Assembly (NCBI RefSeq): GCF_006345805.1
Contig: NC_043016.1
Span: forward strand, 3,348,001-3,412,000
Source of the DNA: Octopus sinensis
Lineage: Eukaryota
DNA: 64,000 nucleotides
Direction: 5' to 3'
Positions 1 to 12,491 of the stretch are shown here, in pieces (the first letter of the stretch is position 1; every line of letters starts with the position of its first letter). Position numbers and translations under genes: made by a program. Below the pieces are notes generated by a model. It was not told the DNA's origin and did no database searches. It saw only the letters and a program-made list of their open reading frames with translations.

Positions 1-1015
1 TCATCCTCTGAGATGAAAGTATAGAAAAACTTGAGGAATTTAAAATACTACTAAATGGAATTAATGAAAACATTCAATTCACGATAGAACATAACCAAGA
101 AAAACTACCATTTCTAGACATCCTCATTAAGAAAGTCAGCAACAAAATAGAGACAGATATCTATTATAAACCGACAGACTCAAAGCAGTATCTACCATTT
201 GACTCATGCCACCCAAGACACACTAGAATAAATGTCCCTTTCTGTTTAGCCAGAAGGATTTGTACCATAATATCAGACACAAACACCCGACACACACGTC
301 TCCAGGAACTCAAAACTACACTCATAAATAGAAATTATTCACAACCCCTAATAGACAATGCAATTCAACGAGCACTTAAATTAAATATAGAAGACCTGAG
401 ACAACTAAAACCAAAAAAGAAAAATTAAAAACCCTAACCCTACATCTCTACACACAACCCACTTAACAATGAGGCCTTCAACACCTTACGCCAAAGCACA
501 GACCCAAAGATGAACCGAATCCTTCAAACGTACACCATCATAAAAAGTAAACAGCAACCAAAATCCTTATAAAAGATTTTAACACAAGCTAAACTGCATC
601 CAATAACAACCACAAAATCAACAGTTAAAAATGTAGAAAGCCCAACTGCGGAATCTTAGTAGAAGGTTCGGAATACACATTAGAACAAAGCCATCATTTT
701 ACCATCAGAACAAACTTAATTTGTGCATCGGAAAACTTAATTTACGTGTTAACATGTGCAGGGTGCAATAAGCAATATATTGGCCATACAAAAAACAGCC
801 TAAGGATGGCAGTACATAAATCCCAAATCCTGAATACAAGAAAATACCTGTCAGCGGCCACATAGACAGATGTGCTTCAAATAAAAATCCCAAATTCACA
901 ATTTTCCCACTTTACCAATTCAGTAACAACGAAACTTTCACTCAACGTCATAATAAAGAACTCTATTTTATTAGAAAATTCGGACCAAGTTTAAACACCC
1001 TGGGCCAGGAACATT
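1..1015 (+). mobile_element. Penelope-like retroelement 3' fragment (RT C-terminus and GIY-YIG endonuclease), degenerate
   Basis: Manual translation gives IQFTIEHNQEKLPFLDILI...DIYYKPTDSKQYLPFDSCHPRHTRINVPFCLARRICTI, then NLIYVLTCAGCNKQYIGHT near 735-790. It contains stops and frameshifts. Confidence 0.9.
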
Positions 1016-1059
1016 AAAACCATATAGTGGTCTTCTGAAAAGAAACATGGAATTATCTA

Positions 1060-1310
1060 ACTACCACTACCACCACGATCACTACTACTACTACTACTAC
1101 TACTACTACAACCACCATGGTCACTACTATTACTACTACTATCAACAGTCTTCCACTGCTGCTGATAACGGTCACTTCTACTGCTGTTGCTGATGCTGCT
1201 ACTACTTCAGCCAATGAATTGTTACTACAACTCCAACAACCACCATCATGACACTACTACTACGACCAACAGTCACTGCTATTACTGCTACTTCGGCCGC
1301 TAGTCATTTT
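1060..1310. repeat. Degenerate (ACT/ACC)n trinucleotide-rich tract
   Basis: Runs of actactact and accacc. Confidence 0.8.
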
Positions 1311-1435
1311 CACAATTACAGTCAACGCACAAGACAGCCTTTATGCTCCCCCCCCCATAAAACACCACCACTTGGACTCTGTTGAGACTAGTAAGAAACA
1401 ATTATGAAATTTTTTATTACACTTAACTTTTAGAA

Positions 1436-1485
1436 TATTTTTGATAAGGTTCGTTTTTTCAAGAAGAACCGAAACATGTAAAATC
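1436..1485 (+). ncRNA. Degenerate minimal hammerhead-ribozyme-like motif
   Basis: TTGATAA (vs CTGATGA), stem ggttc/gaacc, GAA, palindromic ACATGT, then A. Two core mismatches. Confidence 0.35.
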
Positions 1486-1531
1486 TCTAAGAAAATTAAA
1501 ATTTATCTTATATAATGGCGTTTTCAAACTT

Positions 1532-1572
<41 letters not shown>

Positions 1573-1581
1573 AATAAAGAT

Positions 1582-1668
1582 CTCTGACAGCTGTTTCGAT
1601 TCAGTAATTTTTCGATAATTAATTAATAAAATTAAGATCATTATAAGATGAATCTCTTCAGAAGTAGT
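1582..1668 (-). ncRNA. Minimal type I hammerhead-ribozyme-like motif (left arm copy)
   Basis: Reverse complement of the 2461-2547 motif. Confidence 0.5.
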
Positions 1669-1932
1669 AAAGAAATAGCGGTTAGAAATACACATGTTGA
1701 GATAACAGATATGAAACCGTTAACTAATATAGCCTTTATACAAATAGAGCCGGTTATGGAAGGCCCCAATCCAACATAGAGGGAGAAGGTAGTGTATATT
1801 TCATGTCTTTAAGAAATAAAGAAAAGAAGAGATTAATACAATTTTATAGGGTATTGAGAAGGAGAAAAAGAAAAACGCATGTATATATATAAATATATAA
1901 TAATGCCATATAAAATCATACTAATACCCTAT

Positions 1933-2274
1933 GGAGGCGCATGGCTCAGTGGTTAGAGCGTCGAGCTTACGATCGTGAGGTTGTGAGCTCGAATCCCGGA
2001 CCGGGCTGCGTGTTGTGTTCTTGAGCAAGACGCTTTATTTCACGTTGCTCCAGTTCACTCAGCTGTAGAAATGAGTTGCGACGTCACAGGTGCCAAGCTG
2101 TATCGGCCTTTGTCTTTCCCTTGGATAACACTGGTGGCGTGGAGAGGGGAGGCCGGTATGCATGGGCGACTACTGGTCTTCCATAAAAACAACCTTGCCC
2201 AGACTTGTGCCTCAGAGGGTAACTCTCTAGGTGCAAACCCATGGTCACTCATGACCGAAGGGGTCTTTACCCTT
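1933..2274 (+). mobile_element. tRNA-derived SINE with 8-bp TSD TACCCTAT
   Basis: A box TGGCTCAGTGG, B-box-like GAGCTCGAATCC, conserved-core-like segment cttgagcaagac...cagctgtagaaatgag, (taccct)-type tail. TSD at 1925-1932 and 2275-2282. Confidence 0.85.
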
Positions 2275-2460
2275 TACCCTATAAAATTGTATTAATCTCT
2301 TCTTTTCTTTATTTCTTAAAGACATGAAATATACACTACCTTCTCCCTCTATGTTGGATTGGGGCCTTCCATAACCGGCTCTATTTGTATAAAGGCTATA
2401 TTAGTTAACGGTTTCATATCTGTTATCTCAACATGTGTATTTCTAACCGCTATTTCTTTA

Positions 2461-2547
2461 CTACTTCTGAAGAGATTCATCTTATAATGATCTTAATTTT
2501 ATTAATTAATTATCGAAAAATTACTGAATCGAAACAGCTGTCAGAGA
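2461..2547 (+). ncRNA. Minimal type I hammerhead-ribozyme-like motif (right arm copy)
   Basis: CTGAAGA 2467-2473; stem II gattca/tgaatc; GAA; palindromic ACAGCTGT 2534-2541; GUC triplet ending at 2542. Stem I is weak (2 bp). Confidence 0.5.
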
Positions 2548-3206
2548 TGTTGTCATATTTTATAATTAATAAATAGTATTTTATTATATCACCATTCTTA
2601 TTCTTTATATATATATGACGGGCTTCTTTCAGTTTCCGTCTACCAAATTCCCTCACGAGGCTTTGGTCGACCGAGACTATGGTAGAAGACACTTTTAAAC
2701 TATAGAGTTAAATTTCGTGCAGCCACCTTTTCGCAACTTTTCTCCCCCCCCCCATTTTCTAGGGGGTATTACCCATTTTTCTGGGCTCTTTTCACAGCTG
2801 TACCTAGTTCGAAATTTGCATTAGTTTTTGTATGAAAAGAAAAAGGAAGGGAGGGGCGGCTTGTTTGTAGATTATAAAGAAAAAGTTAAACGTGTCTGAA
2901 AAAAAAAAGATGGTCTTTCGCCACCCTCAACCAAAAGACACGAAGAACTATGGAAGAAGGCGAATAAGTACCGGGCGTGGGGGAAAGAAGAGAGAACTAA
3001 CAGTCGATCTTTCTAGAACTCCCAGAATAAAAACGTAAACACTTAAAAGACTTTCCCTCTTTTCGTTACGAAATGTCTTTCCCTCTTCTTCATTGCTAAA
3101 AGTAAAGAAGCTGGAAAATATCGATCGTATTTCAGTCTAATTTTCATTGTAAATTTCCTTTCTCTGTCTCTATCGCTTCACTCTTTTTCTCTATGGTTAA
3201 GAGAGT

Positions 3207-3535
3207 GAAGGCACGTGGCTTAGTGGTTAGGAGTATTCGGGCCACGATCGTAAAATCACGAGTGCGATTCCCTGCAGCGTGCTGGGTTTTTGAGCGAGGT
3301 ACTCTACTTCACCTTGCTGCAGTCCACTCAGCTAGTCAAAATGAGTTGTAGGTAGTTGTAATTCAAAGGAGCCAACCTTGTCCCATTCTGTGTGAGGCTG
3401 AATCTCCCCGAGAACTGACTTTTGGTATGCTTGTCTGTGGAGTACTCAGCCACTTGCGCGTTAATTTTACGAGCAGACTGTTCGTTAATCAAATAAACAG
3501 GAACCTCGTCGTTGTAACCGACGGAGTGCCATTTT
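3207..3535 (+). mobile_element. tRNA-derived SINE, diverged relative of the 1933 head/core
   Basis: tggcttagtggttag A box; cagtccactcagctagtcaaaatgag core. Confidence 0.7.
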
Positions 3536-3649
3536 TTAAGTGAAAGAAAAGGAGAGGTTCCATATGGTAAGGCAAAAATGTCTTGTGTTTAGTATAAGTA
3601 GTGAAAGCTAAGATGAAGTAATTGTATTTGCCCTCGACTCAAGCTCAGT

Positions 3650-4060
3650 TTGATAATAACAGCCTGCACAACGGTGGTGAAAGTGGCACACAAGTTTGCC
3701 TACCTGGGTAGTACACTTAGCCATTCTTATTCTTTTGATGATGCAATAATTTTAAGGCTTTAGATGGCATCTGACTCCATCAGGAACCAGTTGCCTCGTC
3801 TCGTGTCAGGTCCCAACATGACACTAAAGAGCAAACAAAAATTGCTATGTACCGTGCATGTGTACTGACGTCGCTTCTTAACTAATTTGAAACACGGACC
3901 TTTCACAGGCCGCAAGGGCCCTTGAATATTTCCATCAGAGACATCTAAGACACATTCTGAATTTTGACTGGTTTTTGCAGGCTTCAGACACAACTGTCTT
4001 GAGGGAAGCCAACATTCTGACCATTGAGACAATGGTGCACCTAACAGGTTCTGGACAATT
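3650..4060 (+). mobile_element. RTE/BovB-like LINE fragment (RT C-terminal region)
   Basis: Translates across frameshifts as KFAYLGSTLS...KIAMYRACVLTSLL...FHQRHLRHILNFDW; homologous to 63.7-63.9 kb (minus). Confidence 0.8.
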
Positions 4061-4329
4061 TAAAAAATAGTGCGCATAAACCACTTCGAATAGTCTTCCA
4101 AAGCTTCGGTGTAGCTGATGGAAGGCATAAAAAGCCGTATCTATATGAAAAGAATAGAACAGATGCTATTCCAAGTGTATAATTGCGATATTGCTTATCA
4201 GTTAAAAAACGGTTTAAGAAACGGAAACAGAATGCGTTCTTATAGGAAAATCACTCGCTAAGTGACACTCATCACAATTCCGTCCTACTGGGAACTCTGT
4301 ATGTGTGAGTGTGTGCTCGCGCGTTGTGT

Positions 4330-4384
4330 AAATACGTATATATACGTATATATATATGTATATATATGTATATATATATGTATA

Positions 4385-4419
<35 letters not shown>

Positions 4420-4471
4420 CGTATATATATGTATATATATATGTATATGTATATATGTATATATATGTATG

Positions 4472-4517
<46 letters not shown>
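4330..4517. repeat. (TA)n/(TATG)n microsatellite
   Basis: Direct reading. Confidence 0.95.
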
Positions 4518-4518
<1 letters not shown>

Positions 4519-4899
4519 CGAGAATTCACAAAAAACAAAAGACGAAGGTAATGTAGACAACAAACAGATATATAAGTTTAACGCTCGAGAAGTGAAAAAG
4601 TCTTTAACGTTTCGAGCCTATGCTCTTCCACAAAAAGGAACACAGAAAGAAACAGGGAGAGAAAATAACGTGTTGTATATATATATACATATTCATTTAA
4701 AGATTTAGGAGAAAATTGAGAGGTAATTAATAAAATTATTAATTAATTATGAAATATGACAATATCTCTAACAGCTGTTTCGATTCAAGAATCTTTAGAT
4801 AATTAATATATATAATTAAAATCTTTATAAGATTAATCTCTTCATAGATAGTAAAGATATACCGATTAGAAATATATATATATATATATATATACTGAA

Positions 4900-5796
4900 A
4901 TATTGAGATAAGTTTCGGCCAGAATTGCTCCAGGACATTACTAACTTAATAACAACATCTAGAAAAAACATTTAATGATTCTTCATCATGCAGTTATTCT
5001 TAGGTCGATATATCCAATTTGATTAAAGAGTTATTGTTTGCTAAGATATATCCAGGTATAGGTGGTTTATATAAAATTTGTTGGAGATAATCATCCAAGA
5101 ACCGTTTGAGTGTTGTAAGATCCTTTTCTTTCCTAATCTGTCTTGGCATGAAGCCAAAGAGAGCTGAGCCATTTGTGGTGAACTAGTTCTCTCATAGTGT
5201 TCTCTCATAGTGTAATGCGAGCATGATTTTTGTAGAGGATGGATGGCATAAGGACTAACCCTTGGGTGAATTTTAATGTTGATGCTAACATCATTTGGGC
5301 AATGCCGTTGGAATATTTTGTATATCATACAAATAATATAGCATTCGCGGTGGAGTTGGAGGGAATAAAGTTTGAACTTCTCGAGCTTATCCCAAAACCA
5401 AGATCTGTCATGTCGTCTATTTTTTTTCGTGGCGAGGGGAGGTGGTATTGATATCTTTTATGAGATTTTGTTTTATGTAGGGAGACCACAGTGGACAGTA
5501 GTATTCAAGTTGAGGCCGAGTGAAGGTAGAGAAGAGAAGGATTATGGTAGGAGCACCGCTAAATTGGAAACTCCCTAGAATCCAAGAGTTTGCCCTGTGA
5601 GCACGCCAACTTTGCTGTTATATAGGCATTCCAACTCAAATTTTTATCGACAGTTACTCCGAGGTCCCTAGCGATAGCTGAAGCCACGAGGTTTCTGCCC
5701 GAGGTTAGAATGTATGGTAGCTTTAAGTGCCGCCTCTTTACCGAAGTTGATCAATTCAATCTCTTCTCGCTTAGATGCATTTTGTGCTTTCACATC
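4900..5796 (-). mobile_element. CR1/L2-like LINE 3' fragment, right part, interrupted by a hAT MITE
   Basis: KIHPRVSPYAIHPL resembles KVHPRLGPRAIRPL of ORF 27957-28322. Its 3' tail is homologous to 54517-54570. Confidence 0.75.
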
Positions 5797-5804
5797 CATT
5801 AGAT

Positions 5805-5877
5805 TAATGGTTCCCAACCCTTCTATTTAAATGAGTTTTCTCACGTTAATATGCTTATCTTTATGAAAAGATATATA

Positions 5878-5908
<31 letters not shown>

Positions 5909-7060
5909 ATTATCAATATTAATAAAGGGTAAAATTAATTAATTAACTAGTAATTAATAATTCCACCAAATAGTATTCGGCATGTTAAAAGGACCATTTT
6001 CGGTAAACTTAAACATTATTTTTTATAATTATGAGTATAATTATAATTAGGGTTCAGCAAAAAATTTTGTTTCACCAACATACAGAACTTTAGAAATAGC
6101 AGCTAAAGAACTTAGCTATTTCTTCTACTATAAGAAGAAACTCCCAGAACAACATATACTCAAAACAACCCACGTAGGCATAGAGGAAAAAACAACGAAA
6201 ATTCACTCGGCATTTAATCACCTGTGGACGCGTTTCTGAGTTAGATAGATATGAAGGTGCAAAAATCACACCTTCATTCTAACATTCTCTTCATGAGCAC
6301 AAGATTTCAAAATTTTAAATTTGAGAGCGCTGAAAAAATTGAACATACCTATCTAATTCAAGTGACATCAGACAAACTATATACAACGACCAGTACCAAC
6401 GAATTCAAAACATACGAATGAGGTCTCGTATTCTCCCTCACCCACCCACGTGTGTTGTCGAGTGAAAAATTCTACAGAAAAGACTGTAGTTTATTATCAG
6501 GGAGATAATTATATTATCAATAATAATAATGGGTAAAATTAATTAATTAATTAATTAGTAATTAAGAATTCCACCAAGTAGTAGTCGGCATGTTAAAAGG
6601 ACCATTTTCGGTAAACTTAAACATTACTTTTTATAATTATGAGTATAATAATAATTGAATCAGATAGGTATGTTCAATTTTTTCAGCGCTCTCAAATTTA
6701 AAATTTTGAAATCTTGTGCTCATGAAGAGAATGTTAGAATGAAGGTGTGATTTTTGCACCTTCATATCTATCTAACTCAGAAACGCGTCCACAGGTGATC
6801 AAATGCCGAGTGAATTTTCGTTGTTTTTTCCTCTATGCCTACGTGGGTTGTTTTGAGTATATGTTGTTCTGGGAGTTTCTTCTTATAGTAGAAGAAATAG
6901 CTAAGTTCTTTAGCTGCTATTTCTAAAGTTCGGTATGTTGGTGAAACAAAATTTTTTGCTGACCCTAATTATAATTATACTCATAATTATAAAAAAATAA
7001 TATATATATAACGGTGGTGCATCAGCATGGCCGCAACTCTGAGCTGAAACTAGAAAAGAA

Positions 7061-7116
<56 letters not shown>

Positions 7117-7204
7117 GTTTGTGTGTGTGTGTGTGTATGAAATTTTGAATTTAGTTCACGGACCCCTAGTACCAACTTTGCGGACTCCAGGTTGGGAACC
7201 ACTG
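5805..7204. mobile_element. Non-autonomous hAT-type element with nested insertions
   Basis: TIRs taatggttcccaacc / ggttgggaaccactg; perfect 8-bp TSD CATTAGAT at 5797-5804 and 7205-7212. Confidence 0.85.
5908..7001. repeat. PLE pseudo-LTR-like structure: direct repeat (5908-6048 / 6512-6654) plus inverted repeat (6015-6361 / 6655-7001)
   Basis: Repeats read directly. The partial tandem plus inverted tail arrangement is typical of PLE insertions. Confidence 0.75.
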
Positions 7205-7212
7205 CATTAGAT

Positions 7213-7990
7213 AATAGCGAGCAGATACAATTGGAGATTTGTCCGATCTGCTACCCTTTAAACGACCTTCAGAAGCTTAGAGTTATTCACGACAATTCTA
7301 ATGTTGCTGTTTGATGACGTCAATGATGTCATTGTGGAAACTATGCTGGTTGTTAATAAGTAGGCTGTTACTTTCCAGGAAGCGAATTCCTCGAGATCTC
7401 AGCACTCTTTCAAATAATTTGATGATATGAGAGGTGAGATACATCAGTAATTCACTGCCACCGATTAGTTTCGCTTTTTGAAAACTGTGATGGAGAATTA
7501 CTAGCGTCCAGAGAATAGCTAAAAGGAATGCGAGATGTTGTTGGTATTTCTTCAGGACCCTAATGAGAAAGCTGTCAGGGCCCGCAACTGAGTATTTTGT
7601 AATTTTGTTTATAGCTGCTACGATACTCGGAGCACCAAATGACATATCAGATAGGGTGTGCTAGGAGTTTGTTTCACCGATGCTGCCACGATCAACCATA
7701 TTGGGGTGGCTGAAATTGGAGCAGAATTGAGAATTGCTTCTGCAAAATCTCGACTATATTTTCTGTACCACTATGCAGGGTTTTCTCTTCTACAATCAGA
7801 GGTCCAGCAGATGAGACAGCGACCTTAAAACTCAATCCGAAGAACACTTTAGGATTTGAGTTTTATTTTCTTCTTTGCCCACTTCTCTTCTGCAGTTCTT
7901 TGACTATCGATGACAATCTTCATGCAGTTCTGAAGATTATGCTAATTTGATTCCAGTAAAGCTATATCTCTCAAGTGCGGGTGTTGCCAC
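7213..7990 (-). mobile_element. CR1/L2-like LINE RT fragment, left part of the same copy as 4900-5796
   Basis: GPDSF...LTSHIIKLFERVLRSR...NQHSF. Removing the MITE joins ADRTNLQ to KMHL, as in ORF 28363-28845. Confidence 0.8.
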
Positions 7991-9279
7991 TGGCAATATT
8001 TTAGCCGGTTCATTTTCGGTCAGTCCTACTGTACGTAGGCTTTTCTGGATCCTTAAGCAAAGTTTATATGAAAAAGGTGGTTGGAGCGGGGGGGGGGGGT
8101 AGATTGATTTGTGATTGGAGTATAGTGTTTCAGTCGAACAAATTAACTCACAAAGCTTTGGTTGGCCTGGGGTTATAGTAGAAAATATGTACCCAAGGTG
8201 CCGCGCCGTGGGGCTGAGCCCAAGACCACAGGGTTGGGAAGCAAACTTTTTAGCCACACACCCACGCCAAATTTGAAATATTTCAAGTGGTAGAAACAAA
8301 TAAAGATCCGTTTTTCCATATTGTATTCCTAAATAAATGTGAATACGTCGTGTTACTTTCATTGTATACACGCATTCGCACATCTGCGAATATTTATGTG
8401 CGTGTGCGCGTGTGTATGTTTGTGTGTGTGTGAGTACATGTGTTTATACGACGAAAATAGAAACCCTTGCGTGTAAGTAGAAATGTTCATAATCAAACAG
8501 AAAGCACGAAACACATAACTTTGTTGGATGAATATGTTTTATTATTAGATAAGAAATTGCATTAACAATATGATCATGTTTCGTTATCCCATCAGATTCA
8601 TCAAGGTAGTATAAAGCAAAGCAAAAAAAAAAAAGAAGAAAAGAAATGAATAACTTATTCAAACTGAAAACAAACAGCATCTATATATATATATATATCA
8701 GTCGTTCTGTTTATACAAATTAACTGAATGACAGATTAATAAATAGCAGAACGTACTGCCAGATAGCGTAATTTGAAAGAATAGAATAAATATGATATAT
8801 GTCTGTATGTATGTACATATAAATTCAAAAAACGGAATAAGAACGTAACGGACGATAATAAAAACACACGGACAGAAAGACGATGCAAAGATGGAAAGGA
8901 AAAACCAGGACGGAACATTTGTGCCTTTCTTTTATCAGTCAAGTCTCCAATCATCATTATAGTTTCGGCTTCTTACACTTGAGACTGTTTAAAATTGGTA
9001 GACTCCAAAAATCTAAGTTAAGGGCATTAAATTTTTGGAAGAAATCAAGCGAATAAGTGCGACAACACAGACAAAAAAAAACAGAAAACGGAAGAAATGT
9101 TACTCGATTACAGATACAAACAAGAACAACAACAGGTGTCTTTCGATTAATAAGGACAGGTTAAATTGAGCTGGCGTGTAAAGTGGGAGCATTAAGGCAC
9201 AAACATTGATGAAAGTCAGGAAACAGGAAAATCAGATGTGGTGCGAGCGGCGGTGAAGCCAAGAAAGAAAATTCATGCT

Positions 9280-9600
9280 TGGCCGATGTATGTATCTTTT
9301 ATCTTTTGCTTCAGTCATTGGACAACATCCGTACAGCGGCGCCTCCAAATGAATCGACCTCGGTGTTTAATTTTTTAAAGTTTGATACATATCATTTCGG
9401 GTTACTTTTATGAACCACTAAGTTACAGTGGTGAGAGGATGGACGCATATAGTCATACATGCATGCATACATATACATACGACGGGTTTCTTTCAATTTC
9501 CGTCTACCAAATCCGCTCACAAGTCTTTGGTTGGTTCGGGAGTTATAGCAGAAGATACTTGCCCAAAGAGTTATGCAGTGGAACTGAACCCGGTGCCATG
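9280..9600 (-). mobile_element. Dominant tRNA-derived SINE (family A), 5'-truncated
   Basis: Matches the other family A copies (gggttcagt...ggtagacggaaa...). Confidence 0.75.
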
Positions 9601-9936
9601 TTACAGTTGACTGTACAAAAATGGAATAAATAATATTATGCTAATAACAACTGTCACTAAAATAATTTGCAATATAGTTTTCTTTTGCTTCTGCCGTAAA
9701 CGGAGTTGCTCTTTTTGTCGCAAATATTCTTCACAATCATTTACCATTAATGTCAACATCTGTAGACGACCTTTCAGGGCTGAAATCTTTGATGCCACTA
9801 ATCGTTCTTTCATAACCTCCATTATTATCCTTTGGCATGCTACAGAGTCGTCTGGGTCATCTTTGGAAAATCGATATCTTTTGGTAGCTTTAGATTTTGT
9901 TTCGGGGCAGCACTGTTTCGTTCCACTTTCTTTCAC
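9601..9936 (-). CDS. Putative terminal coding exon of an unknown tail-anchored coiled-coil protein
   Basis: Acceptor tttcattccattacAG at 9937-9938; 111 non-repetitive codons VKESGTK...LYSQL then TAA; helical charged segment followed by a hydrophobic C-terminal stretch. Confidence 0.65.
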   Translation of the reverse strand: MKESGTKQCCPETKSKATKRYRFSKDDPDDSVACQRIIMEVMKERLVASKISALKGRLQMLTLMVNDCEEYLRQKEQLRLRQKQKKTILQIILVTVVISIILFIPFLYSQL

Positions 9937-10009
9937 CTGTAATGGAATGAAACCAGGGAGAATTACAACAAATGACAAATAGCAGTAGTCGTTATAGTAT
10001 TAGAAATAA

Positions 10010-10017
10010 TGTATAAA

Positions 10018-10048
<31 letters not shown>

Positions 10049-10146
10049 TGTATGTATGTATGTATGTATGTATGTATGTATGTATGTATGTACGTATGCA
10101 TGTATGTATGTATGTATGTATGTATGTATGTATGTATGTATGTATG
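10010..10146. repeat. (TATG)n microsatellite
   Basis: Direct reading. Confidence 0.95.
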
Positions 10147-10568
10147 TTGCTAGTTCCTCGTCAATTATCGCCCAAAAGACCCTTACAATTTTACGCCTTT
10201 AACGATAGTACTATTCATCTGCTCCCTTTTTTATTTCCAGTCCCATAGGATATTTTCCTTTTCTTTGCGTTACCCATATATTCGGCTCGTATTAGGGACG
10301 TATTTTGTTTGTATAATTTATATTTATTTTACTTTGTGTGTGTATTCACATATCTGTCGCGTTTGTTACCATCACTGTCCCCAACATACGTTCGCTATTC
10401 CCAGCAGATTCCTGCTGCTGACACCACCAAAAGTGAACAATGTTATCGTTAAAACTGTGAAACTGTAATGGTCTTATGGGTAATAACTGACGGGGAATTA
10501 GCAACGCCTCGTCTCGTGTGTGAATTTTTGCTTGTTCCATTGGTGTGTTATTATATATGTATGTATAA

Positions 10569-10640
<72 letters not shown>

Positions 10641-10642
<2 letters not shown>

Positions 10643-11010
10643 GAGTGGCTGTGTTGTAAGTAGCTTGCTTACCAACCACATAGTTCCGGGTTCAGTCCCA
10701 CAGCATGGCACCTTAGGCAAGCGTCTTCTACTATAGCGTCGGGCCGACTCTATAGTAGAAGAGTGATTTGGTAGATGGAAACTGAAAGAAGCCCGTCGTA
10801 TATATATATGTGTGTGTGTGTGTCCGCCTCCAACATCGCTTGACAACCGATGCTGGTGTGTTTACGTCCCTGTAACTTAGCGGTTCGGCAAAAGAGACTG
10901 ATAAGTACTAGGCTTATAAAGAATAAGTCCTGGGGTCGATTTGCTCGACTAAAGGCGGTGCTCCAGCATGGCCGCAGTCAAAATGACTGAAACAAGTAAA
11001 GAGAGTAAAA
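10641..11010 (+). mobile_element. SINE family A, near full length
   Basis: aggagtggctgtg...gggttcagtccc head; internal microsatellite; tail aaggcggtgctccagcatggccgcagtcaaaatgactgaaacaagt. Confidence 0.9.
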
Positions 11011-11064
11011 AATAAAGAGATAATGTGTGTGAACACACACACATAAACACACACACACACATAA

Positions 11065-11097
<33 letters not shown>

Positions 11098-11559
11098 CAA
11101 ACACATACACATACTCACACGCGTACATATATTCATACATATAATAATCTTTGTCTATGTTTATACCAGTTTAAAATGTATGTTTGTGCTCTTATGCACC
11201 AAGCACCTGTATGTGAATATCTTTCGCGGTTAATGTACAACCTGACAGATACACAGACACACAGACAGACAAACTGCCGTTTATATATAGAGAGATGAGA
11301 ACTTTAGGACAAATTGGCCAACAGCTGGAATTCAACTTGGGGTCGGAACAATAGAATGATTGCATTACAGAATTAATTCTCATCCGTCCTTGACCGCTGA
11401 TCAAACACCACCTGGGCGTATAATTATTATAGACGTATTATAGTCATGATACTTAGCTCTCTTTAGTTTTGGGCCACAGGCCCAATAAGCCCTCCGCAGG
11501 AGCTAGCTTTAAAATCCACACGGAATGCGGCTTTTAAGCTAGTTATTAATAAATGAGTT

Positions 11560-12050
11560 AAGCTAGTGATTAATGATTTGTTCGGAAGGTGGAGGTAAGG
11601 ATGTAGAAATCACGGACTATCTAGCTTTCAGTGTCACTTTGTTAGTTGCGAAGTTGGGGCTGGTGATAAAACCAGTTGTAAGTTTCTCGGCAAAGTGGCA
11701 GCTAGATGCGGACCTAGTGGTTTCCTTTATTTCTTCCATTTTCCTTTCATACTTTATTTAGAAGGCCATAAGCTCCTCTCCGCACCACTGATACTCGTAT
11801 TTTCCTAAAGATTTGTAAGGGCCGACAGACTTTGGCAATGTGTCATTCCAGCTTTACGACGCTAAGGATGCGGTTCCAATAACGATTTGGATGGTCGATC
11901 GACCACATAACTGCCTCTTCGTTAGTCACGTGATTCTTTCGCTTGTTGGCATAATACCCTGGGTGGATCATGCAACTCCTTGTTAGTTTCCAGTGACTCC
12001 CTTATCGCCAGTGACACTCGTTTGCTCGAGGCAGGTGGTATTAACAGACA
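11560..12050 (-). mobile_element. Probable RTE-like LINE 5' UTR remnant
   Basis: GC-balanced segment with gcatccttagcgtcgtaa, which resembles RTE 5' ends (recalled similarity only). Confidence 0.35.
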
Positions 12051-12221
12051 GTAAAAAAAAAAATAATTCCAAACTTTGCTTTCTCGTCTCCTAAGTGCTA
12101 AATATAGTTTTTGACGAACACGTTATTTTGCTCTTCTTATCTAATGTAAACATGCCAACTCTGTACTGTGCTTTATCATAATTTTCGGTTTAAACTGAAC
12201 CCATTTCCTACGAATGCAGTG

Positions 12222-12286
<65 letters not shown>

Positions 12287-12303
12287 CAACACACACACAC
12301 ACA

Positions 12304-12342
<39 letters not shown>

Positions 12343-12455
12343 TACATACACACACAGTAACAAACACAATGTATGTATAATATATATACATGAATATATA
12401 TTATACATATAATATATATATATGTATGTATATATCTGTGTGTGTGGGGGGGTGT

Positions 12456-12491
<36 letters not shown>

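Larger units (their letters stand above)
1580..2548. repeat. 274-bp inverted repeat (1580-1853 / 2275-2548), PLE pseudo-LTR-like, with a SINE in the loop
   Basis: The two arms read as reverse complements along their length. Confidence 0.9.

Noticed and set aside
1933-2010. tRNA gene calls for SINE heads (also 3207, 17369, 33402, 60820)
   Set aside because: They have A/B boxes but no complete cloverleaf acceptor stem, and they continue into repeat bodies.
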